Below the pieces are notes generated by a model. It was not told the DNA's origin. It was given only the letters and a program-made list of their open reading frames with translations, and ran no database searches. Below are positions 59,632 to 64,000 of a DNA stretch of 64,000 nucleotides, in pieces. Within the stretch, counting starts at the first letter, position 1. Each line of letters starts with the position of its first letter. The DNA comes from Candidatus Kapaibacterium sp. (lineage in GTDB: Bacteria > Bacteroidota > Ignavibacteria > Kapaibacteriales > UBA2268): the NCBI GenBank assembly GCA_026390695.1, contig JAPLFL010000089.1, forward strand, positions 42,206 to 106,205, written 5' to 3'. A program made the translations under genes and the position numbers.

Positions 59632-60281
59632 GAACAAATTTAGCCAATAATGAAGAAGATTTACAGAATTTTGTAAATTCATTCAACAAACCAGAACCAA
59701 CGGGAGATACACATTCTTTGAATCCTTCACGAAGGATGCACCGTTATTGGCCTGTACCCGAAAGTTATGAAAATAAATTGCCCGAACCCGGTGAAATGGG
59801 GAGCTTCTGGGAAGATCGCGAAGATCGCTACCATTGCGGAATTGATCTATATTGCGACGAAGATGCAATAGTACTTGCTATTGAAAGTGGTTTGGTAATA
59901 AATAAAACCGAATTTACAAGTTACAACAAGACCCCTTATCATGAAACAACTTATAGCGTTCTAATTAAGAGTAAAGAAAACGTTATTTACAAGTATTGTG
60001 AACTTAAAGAAATTAATGTTAAAATTGGCGATTTCATTTTCGGTGGGCAGCAGATCGGTACAATCGCAAAATCGCTAAACCCTGAACTGTTGGACTTCGA
60101 CACACCATTTTATATAAGAGAACTTGTTCAGCAAGGTTATTTATGTATGCTTCATCTTGAACTCTATAAATCACCAATAAGTGAAGTTCAGCCTTATCAA
60201 TATGGAAATTTCTTAGGCCGCCGTAAGCCTGACTCAGTTATAAATCCCTTCTACTACCTCAATGGACTTGAAAAGAAATAA
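59628..60281 (+). CDS. M23 family metallopeptidase-like protein
   Basis: HCGID, V..GD...GQ.IG, LHLE, INP motifs. Confidence 0.8.
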   Translation: MRTNLANNEEDLQNFVNSFNKPEPTGDTHSLNPSRRMHRYWPVPESYENKLPEPGEMGSFWEDREDRYHCGIDLYCDEDAIVLAIESGLVINKTEFTSYNKTPYHETTYSVLIKSKENVIYKYCELKEINVKIGDFIFGGQQIGTIAKSLNPELLDFDTPFYIRELVQQGYLCMLHLELYKSPISEVQPYQYGNFLGRRKPDSVINPFYYLNGLEKK

Positions 60282-60295
60282 AGCTTTTTTTTTCT

Positions 60296-61480
60296 TCATT
60301 CTTTTATAAAACCTCTAACCACTGCTCCTGTTCTTATAAAATAGACACCCCTGTCAAAACAGGTAATATCAATTTTACTATCAGCTATTCCACTATGAAC
60401 TTTTTGCCCAAAACTGTTATATATTTCGTAATATTTATAGGATGAATTGATATAAATAGCATCAGAGGCAGGATTCGGGAATATCTTAATTTCGGAATTG
60501 TACCAATCCTCCACTTCAGTCGGACTTTTCTGAAACCAGGGAATTGTTAAATTATTAGATGTAAAAAAATCAACTAATAAATTGGCTACTTTTAGTCTGC
60601 CACTTGTTGAAGGATGTGTGCCATCACTTGTAACGAAATCGGATACTGCCCAGGTTAAACCATCATTTCTGGCTTTCAAACCATTTGCCCATAAGTAAGG
60701 TCCCCAACTAATCCAAGGGACTTTAGGATTTGATCCGGTACAAATTAGCGCAGTATCCTGATTGATCTGCGCATCTACGAGCCATTTTACAGAAAATCCA
60801 GATTCATAAGCCATTGGTTCAGGATTAAGAGAGCTGCTTGCATATCCTCCATAAATTCTGCTCGAAACAAAGCACATCATGGTATTCGGATATTTTGATT
60901 TAATAACCTGACATACTTTTTTTAATTCATTAGTTAAGGTTTGAGCATGGATTGGAAAATTATTTTGCGGACTTATATCAGCTTCCTTAAGCCATACTAC
61001 CTGCACCTGTTGCGGACTTAATTTGACAGTACTTAAACGTTGGTTAATAATTTCCCAGAAAGTTGCACTCGGATTTTGAATAATTGCTGCTGTCTGACCA
61101 CCTTGGGCACCATCAACGATTATTAATTTCGGATTTTTATTTTTCAATGTATCTGCTAATTGTTTGAAAGTGGAAAACTCTTGAGTTGTGTTCGACATAC
61201 CGACTGATAAAAAGACAATTTTCCCGTTTGTCATGTCCAGATTGCCGCTGTTATCGCGGGGTTGAATATTTTGCAATACACTTTGTCCGATTAATAAATG
61301 ATTATCCGGCACGATATTCATGCCATTTGGAAATAATCCACCTTCAAAATTTTTATATTTAATTACTCCTAATTCCGTTAAAGGATTAAGATTAAGTGAA
61401 TCAGCATAAATCAGATTATTATCACATATTAGTGAATAATAAACTATTATTAATAATATATAACAACAATATTTTTTCAT
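60296..61480 (-). CDS. Secreted SGNH-like hydrolase with T9SS CTD
   Basis: GMSN block I; DGTHP block V; IFPNPASD...GVYF CTD. Confidence 0.7.
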   Translation of the reverse strand: MKKYCCYILLIIVYYSLICDNNLIYADSLNLNPLTELGVIKYKNFEGGLFPNGMNIVPDNHLLIGQSVLQNIQPRDNSGNLDMTNGKIVFLSVGMSNTTQEFSTFKQLADTLKNKNPKLIIVDGAQGGQTAAIIQNPSATFWEIINQRLSTVKLSPQQVQVVWLKEADISPQNNFPIHAQTLTNELKKVCQVIKSKYPNTMMCFVSSRIYGGYASSSLNPEPMAYESGFSVKWLVDAQINQDTALICTGSNPKVPWISWGPYLWANGLKARNDGLTWAVSDFVTSDGTHPSTSGRLKVANLLVDFFTSNNLTIPWFQKSPTEVEDWYNSEIKIFPNPASDAIYINSSYKYYEIYNSFGQKVHSGIADSKIDITCFDRGVYFIRTGAVVRGFIKE

Positions 61481-61545
61481 AATTCCACCTCTGGTAATTA
61501 AAAAAAATGCTCACAATCATGTAAAAGTTACATTTTTTAATATTA

Positions 61546-61793
61546 TATCATTTCCTTAATGAATTAGGAATTCTTGTCATTCCCGCACATGCGGGAATCC
61601 CCTTCCAGTACCAATCAGGAGATTCCTGCATGCGCACAAATGACAAGAAATTGAAGTTTTCACACAGTCTCGTATGCAGGAATGACAAGAAATTGAAGTT
61701 TTTACACAAGCTCGCATGCGGGAATCCCCTTCCAGTACCAATCAGGAGATTCCTGCATACGCACAAATGATAGCCTTCAAGTAGGAAACGATA
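61546..61793. mobile_element. TA-flanked MITE-like element (copy 3) with duplicated core and two inner TIR right ends
   Basis: tatcatttccttaatgaa ... ttcaagtaggaaacgata; core present twice; gacaagaaattgaagttttcacacagtctc and a degenerate copy inside. Confidence 0.85.
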
Positions 61794-61995
61794 TTATACT
61801 AATTGCAAAAAAATTAAAGAATTTATTGTTTTAGAAATTTCACTTTTAAAATTTCATTTTTTTTTGTAAATTGTATATCTGTACTTTGAGATTTATTATC
61901 ATTACTTATTTTATTTCTAAAATGAATAGAATTTCTCCTTCAATAGTAAAATTAACCGTTCAATAAATATAATTTTCAAAATATTCAGGAGTGTT

Positions 61996-63960
61996 ATGTA
62001 TCCAGGTGAAAAAAAATATCCACACATCTTCTCCCCCGCTTTTATAGGGACAATGGAAGTGAAAAACCGAGTAAAATACGGCTCAACCGAGACTAATTTT
62101 AATCTTCGTGACGGCTTTGTTACTGATGTTGAAGTTGCTTATATGGAAGCTCAAGCTAAAAGCGGAGCCGGATTGATTACAACTCAAGGAGCTTTTACCG
62201 ATCCTGCCGGTGAAGGAAAAGGTTATGTCGGAATGATGGGTATTTGGGATGATAAGTTTATTCCGGGATTAAAAAGAATTGCTGATGTAATCCGTAAACA
62301 CGGAGCTAAAAGCATGTGCCAGTTGATGCATTGCGGCCGTGTTGGCGGTGTGGAATTAGATTATACCGTTGGCCCATCGGCAGTAAAACAAGCAATTCCT
62401 CGTTTTCGTGAACCTGTTGAAATGTCCCTTGAAAAAATCCAATTAACGATACAGGAGCATATCGATGGTGCAAGACGTATTGTTGAAGCCGGTTATGATG
62501 CAATCGAAATTTCAGGTATTGTCGGATATTTGATTTCAAATTTTAATTCAAAATATACAAATAAAAGAACAGATCAGTATGGCGGCGATGTTGAAGGCAG
62601 AGCCCGCTTTATGCGCGAGATTATTGAAGGAATAAAAAAAGAAGTCGGTTCTGCAGTTCCTCTCATGATTCGTCTTTGCGGTGAAGAACTTTTGGATGAT
62701 CGTGGTGGGAATACACCCGAAGAGTGTTTACAAATTATAAAAATCGCAGAAAGAGCCGGTATTGACGCACTTTCTGTAACGGTTGGGTGGCAGGAAGCCG
62801 CTGTTTCTGTTATCACACGCGATGTCCCGATGGGTAATTGGCTATATGTTGCAGAAAGAATGAAGCAAAACCTTAAAATTCCCGTTGCTATGGCTTATAG
62901 ATTGTTCTATCCTGAATTACCGGAACAAGCAATAGCAGATGGGAAACTTGATTTCTGGGAGATGTGCCGACCTATGATTGCAGACCCGGATTTACCTCGC
63001 AAAATTATTGAAGATCGTCAGGAAGATATAATTCCTTGTATGGCTTGTAACCTTTGTTTAGCACGACTTTTCCGTGATCAACCAATTACCTGCTTAGTTC
63101 GTCCTACAACCGGATATGAAGCTCATCCGGATTGGCAAATTACACAGGCTCCAAAGAAGAAACGTGTTGTTGTCGTTGGTGGTGGACCGGCAGGTATGCA
63201 ATGTGCTGTGGTTGCTGCTCAAAAAGGACACGATGTCACCTTGCACGAAAAATCCGGAAGATTAGGTGGGCAACTTGCCGTTGCTGCTCAAGGTCCGTTC
63301 GGCGACGAAGAATTCCAACGAATGATCGATTATTTCTCCACGCAAATGACTAAAAACGGCGTGAAAGTTGTTCTCAATAGTGAAATGAATGAAAAACATT
63401 TTGCAGATCCTTTGACCGCACCTGATACGGTTGTTCTTGCATCGGGATCATATTTGACAAAGAACGACATTCCGGGCGCTAATCGTGATAATGTTGTTTT
63501 TGCTCATGATGTAATCGAAGGAAAAGTTGAAATTGGAAAACGTATTTTAATCGCCGGTGGACGTGGTCTCGGTATTGCAGTTGCACAATTTTTGCTTAAA
63601 GATAAGAGTGAACATGAAATCACAATGGTTGAATCGCAGAAGAAAATCGGTCGAGATGTCAATCCATCATATATTTGGCGTTATGTGAAAAAATTAAAAC
63701 AAGGTAACGTAACGGTATTCAAAGCTACTAAAATTGTTGAAATAAATGATGACGGTGTTGTAATTAACAGCCCTGAAGGCGGACAAATAACTATTCCAGT
63801 GGATACAGTGATTCTATCTGAACCGGTTCATTCAAGAAATGAATTAGCCGAACATTTGGAATATGCCGTCGGTGAACTTTATACTATCGGAGACGCAATG
63901 AAACCACGTCGTGCTCATAATGCCACTATGGAAGGATACAGGACAGGTCTTAAAATTTAA
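61996..63960 (+). CDS. NADH:flavin oxidoreductase (OYE/FadH-like, FMN + 4Fe-4S + FAD)
   Basis: KNR, QLMHCG, GYL, N.RTD.YGG, CMACNLC..C cluster, GGGPAG; ggag RBS. Confidence 0.93.
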   Translation: MYPGEKKYPHIFSPAFIGTMEVKNRVKYGSTETNFNLRDGFVTDVEVAYMEAQAKSGAGLITTQGAFTDPAGEGKGYVGMMGIWDDKFIPGLKRIADVIRKHGAKSMCQLMHCGRVGGVELDYTVGPSAVKQAIPRFREPVEMSLEKIQLTIQEHIDGARRIVEAGYDAIEISGIVGYLISNFNSKYTNKRTDQYGGDVEGRARFMREIIEGIKKEVGSAVPLMIRLCGEELLDDRGGNTPEECLQIIKIAERAGIDALSVTVGWQEAAVSVITRDVPMGNWLYVAERMKQNLKIPVAMAYRLFYPELPEQAIADGKLDFWEMCRPMIADPDLPRKIIEDRQEDIIPCMACNLCLARLFRDQPITCLVRPTTGYEAHPDWQITQAPKKKRVVVVGGGPAGMQCAVVAAQKGHDVTLHEKSGRLGGQLAVAAQGPFGDEEFQRMIDYFSTQMTKNGVKVVLNSEMNEKHFADPLTAPDTVVLASGSYLTKNDIPGANRDNVVFAHDVIEGKVEIGKRILIAGGRGLGIAVAQFLLKDKSEHEITMVESQKKIGRDVNPSYIWRYVKKLKQGNVTVFKATKIVEINDDGVVINSPEGGQITIPVDTVILSEPVHSRNELAEHLEYAVGELYTIGDAMKPRRAHNATMEGYRTGLKI

Positions 63961-64000
63961 TTTCAAATTAAGTAATTGAGATTTGGAATTTAAATGATAA

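Overview
AT-rich bacterial chromosomal window, probably from the Ignavibacteria/Kapabacteria branch of the FCB group. That is an inference from T9SS C-terminal-domain proteins, a PorD-like gene, TANNTTTG promoter elements, SD sites and chemotaxis/flagellar genes. It is mostly housekeeping: wecB, pspA, ybaB/recR, nrnA, glgP, kgd/odhA, ptsN, a GMPP-PMM fusion, feoAB with a DtxR-type regulator, tRNA-Glu, maeB, lpxB and lpxK. It also carries an arsR-arsC-arsM operon and a run of three hybrid histidine kinases. No CRISPR array, intact transposase, integrase or reverse transcriptase is visible. Most notable: (1) a cassette-like insertion between ybaB and recR in which a HicAB pair is bracketed by 58-bp direct repeats matching the 3' end of a T9SS-cargo gene; (2) nested non-autonomous elements in which one palindromic hairpin core occurs inside three different terminal-inverted-repeat wrappers; (3) a 21-bp tandem array whose core variants are synonymous in only one frame (LSSVDGK heptad); (4) a predicted membrane-anchored STAND-like NTPase next to an RsbW gene and kinases; (5) a half-length ClpB.
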